DNA from: Bugula neritina
Taxonomy: Eukaryota > Animalia > Bryozoa
Length of the DNA: 64,000 nucleotides
NCBI GenBank assembly: GCA_964035545.1
Contig: OZ037773.1
Coordinates: 8,399,751 to 8,463,750 of the forward strand
Direction of reading: 5' to 3'
The first letter of the stretch is position 1; the number at the start of each line of letters is the position of its first letter. Positions 1-12,500 of the stretch are shown here, one piece after another. The notes under the pieces were generated by a model. The model saw only the letters and a list, made by a program, of their open reading frames with translations. It searched no databases and was not told where the DNA came from. A program made the translations under genes and the position numbers.

Positions 1-3000
1 TTTAGTTTCATTAGACTTAGTAGATGTAGTAGCAGACACAGTATATGTAGCAGGAACAGTAGATGTAGTAGGAACAGTGGATGTGGTAGACATAGTAGAT
101 GCAGTAGTAGCCACAGCAGATGTAGTAGCTACAGTATATGTAGTAAACACAGTAGATGTGGTAGCAGGAACAGTAGATGTAGTAGTAGGAACAGTAGATG
201 TGGCAGCAGCTACAGTAGATGTAGTAGCTACAGTAGATGTAGTAGGGACAGCAGATGTAGTAGCTACAGTATATGTAGTAGGAACAGTAGATGTGGCAGT
301 AGCTACAGTAGATGTAGCAACTGGTTTAGCAGATGCAGTGTCCACTTCTGTAGATGAAAAGATTGACTTGGCAGAGGCAGTGATAGTTTCAGCAAGCACA
401 GTACCTGTATCACCAAAAATATAACCATGAAGTCATACATTTGCTTGTCTGAGAAGCAGAAAAACAACATCTTGTTAGCACAGGGCTGCTTTTAAAAACT
501 TCAAAATCTGAAAAAAATCATTTACCTGATTCGATGGGACTGTTTGGCACAAGTTTATAAAAAACTTGACAAATCGGGAACCACCATGGACAAGTAGTCT
601 GTCCAACTGTTGATGTTGAGGAGGTTGGAGAAGTTGCAGTGACTGGAAAAGCAGTGAGCTTGATGTGGAAAAGACCAATACCATGGAGACGCAATTCACT
701 CATGGATATGAAAATTTGAAATATTCGTTAAACTTTCCACATATTTTGCTAGAAGTCCAGAACTCATTATCCTGTTTGATTGAGATACTAAAAGTTAGTT
801 TAAAAAGTGTTGCAAATTCTGAGGCTTCCATATAAATTGTATAATATTACAACCCTTTGTGATATTGAGTACAAGCAGTTGACCCACAAAGCTTAGCTAC
901 AAGCGCTCTATGGGACATTAAATTTGTAACAATATGTATAAAACCTAAGCACAAAATCAGTGCTATGTGAACACTTGAATATGACCCTCAGGTGTTACCA
1001 TTTTAGACGTAGCAAGTTTTTTAAATACTTGATTACCTTTTAATAGATGAGACGAAGCTTCCATGTGCCCAGTAGCTTTGGCTAGATATCCCTTCAAAGG
1101 TTTTGTATTTTGTGTGACTACGAGAATTTCTGTTTTCTCAGCAATTTTTGGAATGGTGTTGGCTAATTTAGCCGGAGAGTTCCCAGAGTTTGTTGTGTTA
1201 TCATCTGTTTCATGTGCTTTGGGAGGTAAAGTAGTGGTTTTGCTCAACAGTGTGCTAAGGTAGCTGGTGATGGCTGGCTTTCCTTCAGTTGTAGTAGTCT
1301 GGTCAGAGATGGTGCTTGTTTGAGTGGTTAGCTGGGTAGTCGTAGTGATTGGTTTAGTAGATGTAGTGGTTGGTTTAGTAGGTATAGTGGTTGGTTTAGT
1401 AGGTGTAGTGGTTGGTTGAGTAGGTGTAGTGGTTGGTTGAGTAGATGTAATGGTTGGTTGAGTAGTTGTAGAAATTGGTTGAGTAGATGTAGTACTTGGT
1501 TTAGTAGTTGTAGTGGTTGGTTTAGTAGTTGTAGTGGTTGGTTGAGTAGATGTAGTGGTTGGTTGAGTAGATGTAGTGGTTGGTTGAGCAGTTGATTGAG
1601 TAGATGTAGTAGTTGGTTTGGTAGTTGTAGTGGTTGGTTGAGTAGATGTAGTGGGTGGTTTAGTATATGTAGTGGTTGGTTTAGTAGGTGTAGTGGTTGG
1701 TTTAGTAGGTGTAGTGGTTGGTTGAGTAGATGTAGTGGTTGGTTGAGTAGATGTAGTGGTTAGTTGAGCAGTTGATTGAGTAGATGTAGTAGTTGGTTGG
1801 GTAGATGTAGTGGTTGGTTGAGCAGTTGATTGAGTTGATGTAGTGGTTGGTTTGGTAGTTGTAGTGGTTGGTTGAGTAGATGTAGTGGTTGGTTGAGTAG
1901 ATGTAGTGGTTGGTTGAGTAGATGTAGTGGTTGGTTGAGCAGTTGATTGAGTAGATGTAGTGGTTGGTTTAGTAGATGTAGTGGTTTGTTTAGTAGGTGT
2001 AGTGGTTGGTTGAGTAGATGTAGTGGTTGGTTGAGTAGATGTAGTGGTTAGTTGAGCAGTTGATTGAGTAGATGTAGTAGTTGGTTGAGTAGATGTAGTG
2101 GTTGGTTGAGCAGTTGATTGAGTAGATGTAGTGGTTGGTTTGGTAGTTGTAGTGGTTGGTTGAGTAGATGTAGTGGTTGGTTTAGTAGTTGTAGTGGTTG
2201 GTTGAGTAGATGTAGTGGTTGGTTGAGTAGATGTAGTGGTTGGTTGAGCAGTTGATTGAGTAGATGTAGTGGTTGGTTTGGTAGTTGTAGTGGTTGGTTT
2301 AGTAAATGTAGTGGTTGGTTTAGTAGGTGTAGTGGTTGGTTGAGTAGATGCAGTGGTTGGTTGAGTAGATGTAGTGGTTGGTTGAGTAGATGTAGTGATT
2401 GGATTAGTAGGTGTAGTGGTTGGTTGAGTAAATGTAGTAGTTGGTTGAGTAGATGTAGTGGTTAGTTGAGTAGATGTAGTGGTTGGTTTAGTAGATGTAG
2501 TGGTTGGTTTAGTAGGTGTAGTGGTTGGTTGAGTAGATGTAGTGGTTGGTTTAGTAGGTGTAGTGGTTGGTTGAGTAGATGTAGTGGTTGGTTTAGTAGA
2601 TGTAGTGGTTGGTTGAGTAGATGTAGTGGTTGGTTGAGTAGATGTAGTGGTTGGTTGAGCAGTTGATTGAGTAGATGTAGTGGTTGGTTTAGTAGATGTA
2701 GTGGTTGGTTTAGTAGGTGTAGTGGTTGGTTGAGTAGATGTAGTGGTTGGTTTAGTAGGTGTAATGGTTGGTTGAGTAGATGCAGTGGTTGGTTGAGTAG
2801 ATGTAGTGGTTGGTTGAGCAGTTGATTGAGTAGATGTAGTGGTTGGTTGAGTAGATGTAATGGTTGGATTAGTAGATGTAGTAGTTGGTTGAGTAGATGT
2901 AGTGATTGGATTAGTAGATGTAGTGGTTGGTTGAGTAGGTGTAGTGGTTAGTTGAGCAGTTGATTGAGTAGATGTAGTAGTTGGTTTAGTAGTTGTAGTA

Positions 3001-4234
3001 ATTAGTTTAGTAGTTGTTGTGGTTGGTTTAGTAGGTGTAGTGGTTAGTTGAGTAGGTGCAGTGGTTGGTTGAATAGGTGCAGTGGTTGGTTGAGTAGATG
3101 TAGTGGTTGGGTGAGTAGTTGTAATAGCAGGTTCAATAGTTGCAGTCATTCCTTGAAAAATCAAGTTGAGTTTTTGACTAGACGTAATGACCGATTGCCT
3201 AGTTGTAGTGTCTAGATCACCAGATCTAGCGGTTGCTGTACAAAAATAAAGTGGATAATGTGGTTTAACAATAGTTAGAATAAGCAAATAGATGGCAATG
3301 TGTAGCCATCTTAGTTAAAGCTGTACCCCAAATGTTAAAACCCTTTTGAATAAAATAAGAAAACTGGTTTTTATGGAGACTTTAATGGCTGAGATTGCTT
3401 TATTGAGCATGTTTTTGCGATGAAATGAAACTAGAAAATGTCTTGCCGGTGCTACAAAAATCTTTGCTAAAGCATTTCAAAAAGTATAAAATAAAATTCA
3501 CAAAACACTTATTTTTCTTAGCTTTGAAAAATTCAGATTTTTTGAATCAAAATTATCATTTTCAAGTAAAAACCTTACAATAAACATAACCAAATTTATA
3601 TTTGATATTAACAGTTTTTGATAACAACATATTTAAAATATTACTTCATGTAACGAATTTATTTGCTTGCAGCAATATGTGTTCTAGTTATCAGAACAGC
3701 CACAGGCAGTAACAAAATTAGCATTTTTATTAAAAAAGTTAATCAAGCCGTCAAATGTTTTTAACAAGACTCTGTTGAGTTGGTTGCAAATAAAGTTCAG
3801 TGTTGGTTTAAACATGTGAAAAGACAAATATTGGCATTTCAATAAAATTGTGGAGTTACAATTTTAACATGATAGAAGTTATTTAAAATATTTTACTGCT
3901 TGAGGGCTCATACTAAGGGTTCTCTAATGTAGGTTTTCAACTGTTACATATATCTATGTGTGTGTGTGCGCGCGCTCGCGCATGTATATAGCAACGTGAG
4001 TAGCCTTTTAAAGATACTATACTTCACATACAATTTTGTAACATACAATATTAAATCTCAGATGGCAAGACTGAATAAAAGTATGCTACTTGGTGTTTAT
4101 TCGCAGCACAGAGGTGGACACATTGTAAACTTCTACTTCACTAAATCTTATGTTTAAGGATAATCTTTAGTACCCCAACTAATTCTTGGAATTATGAAAA
4201 GACAGGAACCAAGTATCATGAGTAGCCCTTGCAT
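1..4234 (-). CDS. Secreted Thr/Pro/Ser-rich mucin-like glycoprotein (3' end beyond left edge of window)
   Basis: Exons 4234-4174 (MQGLLMILGSCLFIIPRISW, hydrophobic signal-peptide-like), 3235-1037 (ATARSGDLD..., about 600 aa of TTTSTQP-type repeats), 642-526 (VTATSPTSS...CPWWFPIC...) and 404-<1 (GTVLAETIT...VATSTVATATSTVPT). All junctions are GT-AG and phase 1. The donor at 1036 is inferred; the ORF could instead end at the stop at 963. Confidence 0.75.
1330..3120 (-). repeat. Coding 21-nt tandem repeat (7-aa PTTTSTQ/PTTTPTK units, PTS mucin domain)
   Basis: + strand unit gtagtggttggttgagtagat with an interspersed gagcagttgattga variant; the frame is open across the array only on the - strand. 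Confidence 0.9.
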
Positions 4235-5560
4235 TTTGCTCCAACGTAGCTAAAAGCACAAACAACAAGAAAATTAGATGCTGCAATTTGAAAACTGCAA
4301 TTTCATTATACCATGCTGAGCCTTACCAAAAGGAGACCTTGAAAGTCAAAGTATGTCTGATACTACTTCTGTGGTCAAACAACTTCACACTGTGAAGAAA
4401 GATTATTTTAAAAGATCAACAATAAATTAATAACCAAAAAATTAAATAGCCATAAACAAAAATAGAGGGCAAGAACATGTTTTGTTTGTATGATATATAT
4501 AGCCTAATAGTAATAGTGTTATACTTATGATTGTTAGTTATAAAATTACTTTTCATTTTTGATAAAAAATCTCACAGAATGAGAAATGAAATTTTAATTA
4601 AATCATTATAAGCATCACTATCAGTATCAGTCAACAGGCTTAGTTACTAGTATTAAACTTATATCAAATTAAGTTATACTAATAGTAATACTCCAACACT
4701 AAATTTAATATAAAATTGAACAGTATAACTTATAAGTATTAGTATAAATATAATATTAACAATATCTGTAAAGAATAATTGTAAATGACTACAACTACAA
4801 GTACAAGTTGAAGTAAATCATTTTTAGATTTTAGTCATCATAACAAGTACTAATACTAATAGATCAGTTATATGTTTTACATTACTCAGCTATACAGTAT
4901 TAGTATGAGTATACTTATACCTAAAAAGTTGTAATTGTATTTATACCCTCATACAGTTTATGTTATACTTTAACTTATACTTGTACTGTTAATGTTATAG
5001 TTAAAGTTGTAAAGCGAATTTTTCAAATTATCCAAAAAATAAAATGGGCAATATTATTTATAATTTAACTTAGAATTTGTGTAACTAATTATATTTGCAA
5101 TCACTATAACATGTTCTGTTAAAGCAAGACTAATGAAAAAATAAACATAATGACCATTAAAGATGTTGATGTTTTCAATTTCAGTGCCACACACAACATC
5201 AAAATGGATTATGACTCAACTTTGCAGGTCAACATTAGCCACATGTGCTGTGCAATCTGTCTGCTGCAACTTTTGAATAGCCTTTGCTCTAGACAATAAT
5301 TACCAAATTCATTGCTTGCCTTCTTATTATTTTTCAATATTCTACAGTATCGTTTGTAGAGAAACTAAAGTTTGTAAACTAAGTAACAGCGAACAAGCTT
5401 GAAACATTTTTATCCTTAAAAAAGAGCTCGCTAAGTGCAGCACAAAGTTTGAGATCAAAATAATAGCAAATTTTGTATGCACATAACTGTGCAAACTCGT
5501 GCTTAAAGACCCCAAACATTGTGCTGCATCTTGTCTACAACCAAGTGAATAGTTTTAATT

Positions 5561-5835
5561 GTTATAAGAAGCTCCGAGTTGAGGATGAATGGATGCAGTA
5601 TTTTGAGATTCTCGAGATTGAAATTAAAGTTGAATTTTAGAAAACCCCCAACTCTAAGCTTGAGAATCTTAAACTATTACACTAAGTCACTTCCAACTTG
5701 GAGCTGCTTATAAACCATTCAAAAAGTGCAGTTGTTTGGGATTCTCAAGTTTGGAGTTAGGGAACGTAACTCCAAACTTGAGAATTTTACACTACTGCAC
5801 TCATTCACCCCCCAACTAGGAGCTGTTTATAAAGC
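5561..5835. mobile_element. MITE-like TIR family A, one full copy (5561-5715) plus an adjacent partial copy
   Basis: gttataagaagctccgagttg ... caacttggagctgcttataaac form imperfect inverted ends. A second right end caactaggagctgtttataaag lies at about 5812-5833, and a related element lies at 45362-45612. Confidence 0.55.
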
Positions 5836-6119
5836 AGTTCTGTCTCTACAGTTCCTCAGCTTTACCGTCATTTCTTCTATCTTACACATACTCACTTTTA
5901 TACTTATCACATTATTCCTAGTTATCACCCCACATTTGATAATAATATAATACAAATACTATAAGCCAAGTCGAACTACTCTAATTTGTAGTTTTCCCCT
6001 CGTTATAATAAAAATAGTTGTTTGTTTAGAAATTATTTATTAGTTTCAACAATCATTATTTTGTCATGTATATTATGACTTGAAAAATTTATCGAAATTA
6101 AATTGAATAAACCCAATAA

Positions 6120-6510
6120 AGCGCTACAAATATTATCTTGATAACATCGTAATGTCGAAAATAATGACGAAATTTACCCGTAGGTTCTCGTTAAACTACG
6201 AACCCACCATCCACAGCATTCGCAATCAAGCGCACGAGAGTGGTGTTGTCTTTGAAAGTCAAAGTTTTCATAAAATAGCATTAAAGTGGCCGTCCCACTC
6301 GTTGCTTGCCACACTGCTTTTAAAACAATACTTGTATTTGTGGCAGCGTTTAGTCCTTTGTAACCTAAACCATAGTTGAAATTAATTATAACTAGTATTT
6401 GCAACACTAACGTAACGTCAACGACAACAGGGATCGTCATTGCGATTGTGAAATTCAAAACTGAAAGTGAAAGTCAAAGATTTACCATCAGGATTCAGGG
6501 GGCATCACCA
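6120..6510. promoter_or_regulatory. Probable bidirectional promoter between the mucin-like gene and NXF1
   Basis: Local CpG enrichment in a CpG-poor background, immediately upstream of the NXF1 ATG at 6510. A - strand donor (cgg|gtaaat at 6177) could supply the mucin gene's 5'UTR exon, whose acceptor is at 4250. Confidence 0.5.
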
Positions 6511-9500
6511 TGAGTGGAAGCTTTTTTAAAAAGTCTTTAGCAGCTAGCAATATCAAGATACAAGCATCTGGAAGTGGCGGAAGATCTGTACACAATGAAG
6601 ATTTTAATGGTGTGTCATTGTCATTGTGTGAATCTTCAAGTTCATTAGTGATTAGACTTAGTATTTTACTATTTAGTAGTATAATTCTTAGTATTGTTTA
6701 TAATTTAATTTTATTAATTAGATTCAGTATTGGTATTACTATTACTATTAGATTTAGTAGTACAATATGAAAATGAATTACCGATTGGTGATTAGTATTA
6801 CGTATTTTAATTCACGATGACAATTACTCAGGATGAATTCGACTTATTCGTATATCTATAACAGTAATAGTAATACTAATAGGCCTACTGTAATAGCAAT
6901 ACTAATAGTAATAGTTATACTAATTTAGTTTAACAAAAATAAAACTATTCTAGTTTAATACTAATAGTAATAGTAATGCCATTTGACTTTGCCAATTGGA
7001 AACCAGTAAAACTAGAAGTAAAACTAAATGTAATACTAATACTAATAGTAATAGTAATACTTATACTATTAGATTTACTATGTCTATTAGTATTAGTATT
7101 ACTAATACTAATAGTAATAGTATTACTATTAGTGATATTAGTAAATTTAATAAATTTAGTAAATTTAAATACTAAATTTAAATAGCATTGTAAATTTTAA
7201 TTAGAGTTATAATAATAACATTCACTTAATCTTATTGATACATTGGATTTGGACTTTGAATTTGGAAAATTACAATGATAATGATTATCATTATAACATT
7301 AGGTTTAACTTTGAGGATCAGGATGTATACTAATAATTTACTACGTCTGCTGGCAATCCCTTGTAAAATTAATACTAATTCAGTAATTGGTATTATATTT
7401 TGTATTAGTATAGCTGTATCATAATCATAGTATGTGTATTAGTATAAATATAATAACAGTATTGTTTGTTCAGCAAAGTATTGTTGTTGGCATTGCTATG
7501 GGTGTGGTAAAATCACTATTAGTACTAGTATAATGCTATAAGTATAACTATCTAACTCTTAACTTTTAGTCATAATGATAATTGTAGCCATGTATTTAGT
7601 GCTACTACAGTCTACAAGCATTAGTATAACTAAAATTAAAAATAACATCAGCTGTATTAGCATAATTAGCAATTTAAGAAATATAGAATTAGATGTTTTT
7701 CGTTCAACTTTTTCCCATGGACTCAAGTTGATATACTTACAGTAATGGCAAAATGTTGAGGTTGCTATTATAATCATAGTTATCTAATGGTCCTAGTGAT
7801 ACTACAAGTTATACAGTATAACTGTTACTTGACTATTAATGGTGTAATGTACTGTGTTACTTTTGATGTATATTATAGGGGTAGCTTTGTGAATGTAATG
7901 TCTAAAGGTAGTGTGCAGATGGTAAAAATTTATGTTTTCTACCACATGAAGAAGACTTGCTCCAATATTTTATCCAATTATTGATGCGAGCTTTATGTTT
8001 TATTTTGAATGTTATAAAATATATAGTACTAGAAATTAACATTTTTTGTGTAAAGCTTTTCTTTGTTTAAAATTTGTTTATTCCATTACATTTATTACTG
8101 GTTGAAATTGCCATTAGGTTTGTTAGTTAGTTGTATGGGTAGTTTGCACTTGAATGTTACTTTTTATTAGACGGTTCAATGGACGACCAGTACGACAGAC
8201 AGTCCTACGGTGGTAAGGGGCCGAGGACCATCAGCTATAGGGCTAGAGGCAGGGGCCGTGGAAGGGGTGGCTTTAGAAACAACTACAGTCAGCATGATCA
8301 CAGAGGTGATTCATTTACACTGCACTGCTCTACATTAGTCTATGCTTTGCTTGATCCAAGACATAGTGACTATTGCCTGCTTATTGGTAGCAGGAAACAC
8401 TACTTCTGTGGAAAATGTTAAGTTTCTAAATTTGTTTACAGTTTCACTATCAATAAGGTGTATTCCTTATCTTCAATTCATATTCATTGTTTTATCACAG
8501 ATAATAGAACGTTGACTGAGAGATTGGGGGAGAGGATGGGGTACCGTGGTCGAGGTAGAGGCAAGAAGGGGCCTGGGGAGTATATAGCCCTGAAACATCA
8601 AGACCAAGGTCATAGCAAACCAGTCAATGGACCACAGTGGTATCAAGTGACAGTGAGTGTCAGATTTCGTGATTACTTTGACTTTAGAGCAGCTCCTAGT
8701 AGCTTCTTATTATGTTGTTTATTATCATAGGTTAGATATGATGAGGTCACTTTGTGGGGCACACATAGACACACACAATGAAAAATATGAATCAATTTAA
8801 TCATGATAGTATATGGAGTGAAACTCAAATCCTTATATATTGTCTATTTTTGCTTAGCCTCTATTATAAAAAGTTATATATAAAAAGTTATGTATAAAGA
8901 GTTATTATAAATAGTTATATATATTATAAAGAGATAAATACATAACTCAAATATGTTTCCCTTCCAGATACCATATGGTACCCAAGCTGGTAAAGACTTT
9001 ATATACGAGTCTATCAACGAGTTACTAGACATTCCCTTTCAGCCAATCTCCTACAAAGAAGAAGGAAAGGCCTCCGTGTTCTACGTGGAGTTGTCTTTCT
9101 CGTCAATCGAGGCGTTGAAGGCCGTCAATAAAAGGATTACAATGCCAAACGGGTTCAAGGTCAGTATGCAATCTGCCCTGTGTTTCCCTTCATTACGTAT
9201 CATTAATCATTGCTTAGTTCACAGGCATCATTGGTCTTCCACCTGATTTCTACTTGTCATGTGACCATCTTGTATCTCTTGCCTTCTCTTCAGATGATGG
9301 TGACTGTGAGACAAGGGTCCCCGCCAGTTCCCAAGGTAGTCGAGGGAGCGTTGATGGATAAACTGCTGAGTACAATGAATGAGCTCTACAGCACAGAAAA
9401 CAAAGTGTTAGACCTCTCTGCTCTGCACAAACACGAGAGTAAGTGTTAGTCAGTCTGTCTGCCTGTGCATCTTCCTGGTCATCTGTCTGTGCGTCTCTCC

Positions 9501-12500
9501 ACTCATCTGCCTGTGTGTCTCAACTATTGAAGTACTGGAGTTATATTGGAGAGGGAGATTATGTGTACGTCTGCTACTTCTTATGTGTATGTCTGCTACT
9601 TATTATGTGTACGTCTGCTACTTCTTATGTGTACGTCTGCTACTTCTTATGTGTACGTCTGCTACTTTTTATGTGTACGTCTGCTACTTCTTATGTGTAC
9701 GTCTGCTACTTCTTATGTGTACGTCTGCTACTTTTTATGTGTACGTCTGCTACTTCTTATGTGTACGTCTGCTACTTCTTATGTGTACGTCTGCTACTTC
9801 TTATGTGTACGTCTGCTACTTTTTATGTGTACGTCTGCTACTTCTTATGTGTACGTCTGCTACTTCTTATGTGTACGTCTGCTACTTTTTATGTGTACGT
9901 CTGCTACTTCTTATGTGTACGTCTGCTACTTCTTATGTGTACGTCTGCTACTTCTTATGTGTACGTCTGCTACTTTTTATGTGTACGTCTGCTACTTCTT
10001 ATGTGTACGTCTGCTACTTCTTATGTGTACGTCTGCTACTTCTTATGTGTACGTCTGCTACTTTTTATGTGTACGTCTGCTACTTCTTATGTGTACGTCT
10101 GCTACTTCTTATGTGTACGTCTGCTACTTCTTATGTGTACGTCTGCTACTTCTTACAGGTCTAAAGCCCGACTTCCTCCCTCTGAACAGACCTCAGGTGA
10201 TGACCAGTGTCGTCAGCATCATCTGTGAGCACATCGCACAAGATCTGGTGGCTCTCAACCTCAGCAACAACAGACTTTCCTCTCTGGTACACCTTGAGAA
10301 GGCTGTGTCCTCCACCCCCAACGTGCAGGGCCTCGATCTCTCCAATAACCCTGAGGTACACAGTCTACAGTCAATAGACTCTTACTCTACCTGCTTTAAA
10401 TTTGAAATAATTCAATTGCTGCATTCAGGAGTGGCTACTGTTACAGTGGAATTTTCTAGTTGCTATCCACTGGCGCGTTGTTAGTTTTCAAAAGCTGATT
10501 TTTTTAACAGTTTTGTTTTTTTCACGACCATGTTTATGTTGAGATGTTCTTACTTGTCTATGAATACTGAATGTAAATTCTGATTACTTCAAGTTGAGGG
10601 AAAGTGAATTAGATCGACTTAAAGGTTGGAATCTGACAGAAATCAACTTGACTGGCACCTCCATTGCTAAAAGGAACAGCGATGATTTCAACACATATCT
10701 GTCGTATGTACCTGTTCAGTTTATCTTTCTAACCATTCTCTGTATTAGTAACCTATAAGCCGTTTACTCTCCTAGCATCGTATGTTGTCAATCCAACCGC
10801 CGACTAGCGCCTCTACCTTCGTGTCTCGTATAGTCGTTGCTGGTTTAAACAGACTCAATAGCCACAGAATGTTTCTGTATTACAATAAAACCTGAGTAAT
10901 GCTCAAGTGAAAGGAAACAGTTTTTGTATTTTGTAATTGCATATTTACTGCTCGCTTTTTCCTCTTAATAGATTAGCAAGTTGTTTATTTTTTATAATTT
11001 GCAAAAATGTATTATAATATAATAAAATATAATATAATAATATAATGCCCATATTTACCTTGATGAGAAACTATTGTGTTTAGTTCTCGATATCTTGATC
11101 AGTAACTGTTATACATAAATTTTATTGATTTCTTGATATAAACAGTTTTATAGCTTATAGTTTTTTAGTCTTTTGCAAATAAGGAGGAAGTTTTTAATTT
11201 TATTTTGATTCTTTAAAATATTATTTAATTAAGCATGTGTCGGTCTTGAAAATATTGTGTTTTTAGAAACTCTTTTTAAATTGTTACTCATTCATGTTAC
11301 TCTAATTGTCATTTCCAAGTGTCTTTTTGTTTTGGTTTTTTGGTTTTCCTACTTATGTTATGCTAATCTTTTTTTCCATTGCATTATCACTCTGATATTT
11401 TTCGCAATAGTTTACTATGTTTAGTTTTATCTTTGCTCTGCTTATCATGTTACACTAGTTACTAGGTTATTATTTCTGTGTTACTTAGTCAATGCTCTAA
11501 AAATCTTCCATTAGAATGTAGTTATTTATCACAGTATTGTGTACTCGTAGTGAATTCTTTTTCTTTGTAACTGCTCAGTCTTGTATTTGTCTAACTGAGT
11601 GGACAATTTATACTTTTTACTGAATAGTTATTGCTTGTTTTTTGTCTACACGATCAAAATGAGTAATCATGTAATTGACAGCTTAGATTTAAAAGTAGGG
11701 AAATGATTTACCATTGTATGGAGAAGTGACACGTATCAGAAGTGTTGTACGGGACACTTGCCACGTGTGTCACAACAGGCTGCACACATCGTGCAGAGAC
11801 CTAAGTGTGGGCACTGAGAGTGATAGACTGAGTAGTACTACAGTGTTACTACTCACTCAGTCAGTCTCACTCTTAGTAGTGAGTTATGCTGACTTAATCA
11901 CTCTTGTTTCACTCATGTGAAGCTGCCACATTGGTGAGATCATTTGATACATCTGTAACTTTGTCAATGATCTTCTCATGTTGCTAGATATGCTAAGCTG
12001 TCTCCAGGCATTGATTGCTCATTTTTGTCTCCTTTTGGTACTGGTGGTAGTAATGTAGCCACATCAGTTCAATGTATAGCTTATATCATTTATAATGGGA
12101 ATTACTAGATTTACACTACTTTCTAGTAGCCATTTCTCATTTTTGTTTTGCTATGTTGTTAGTTTTTATTGATTCCTTTACTAACATGTAATTGATGTGT
12201 CCTTCATCCTATTGAGATGCGGTAAAAAATGTAGTAATATCTTTGGTTTGTACGTAATTATAACTAATCTCTTCATATCACTTCTTTGTGTTCATTTTGC
12301 TATCATATCTATTCTTTTGAGACTAGAAATAACATCATGGATTATGTCATCATCTGTGTACAGTTTCTTAATTATTGACTATTATGTGTACCTTGATTGT
12401 GTGAATATTTTTATTTCTATGCAAGTTACAGAACCTGTCCTATATTTCTCAACTAAATGGCAATACAACCAGATATAATATTTTTCTATTTCTCATTTTA

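Noticed and set aside
77-424. Val-rich + strand ORF
   Set aside because: Antisense shadow of the Thr-rich mucin exon on the - strand.
9443-10228. Long ORFs (MCTSATSYVYVCYFL...)
   Set aside because: Stop-free 21-nt minisatellite open in all three frames; only 10159-10355 is a real exon.
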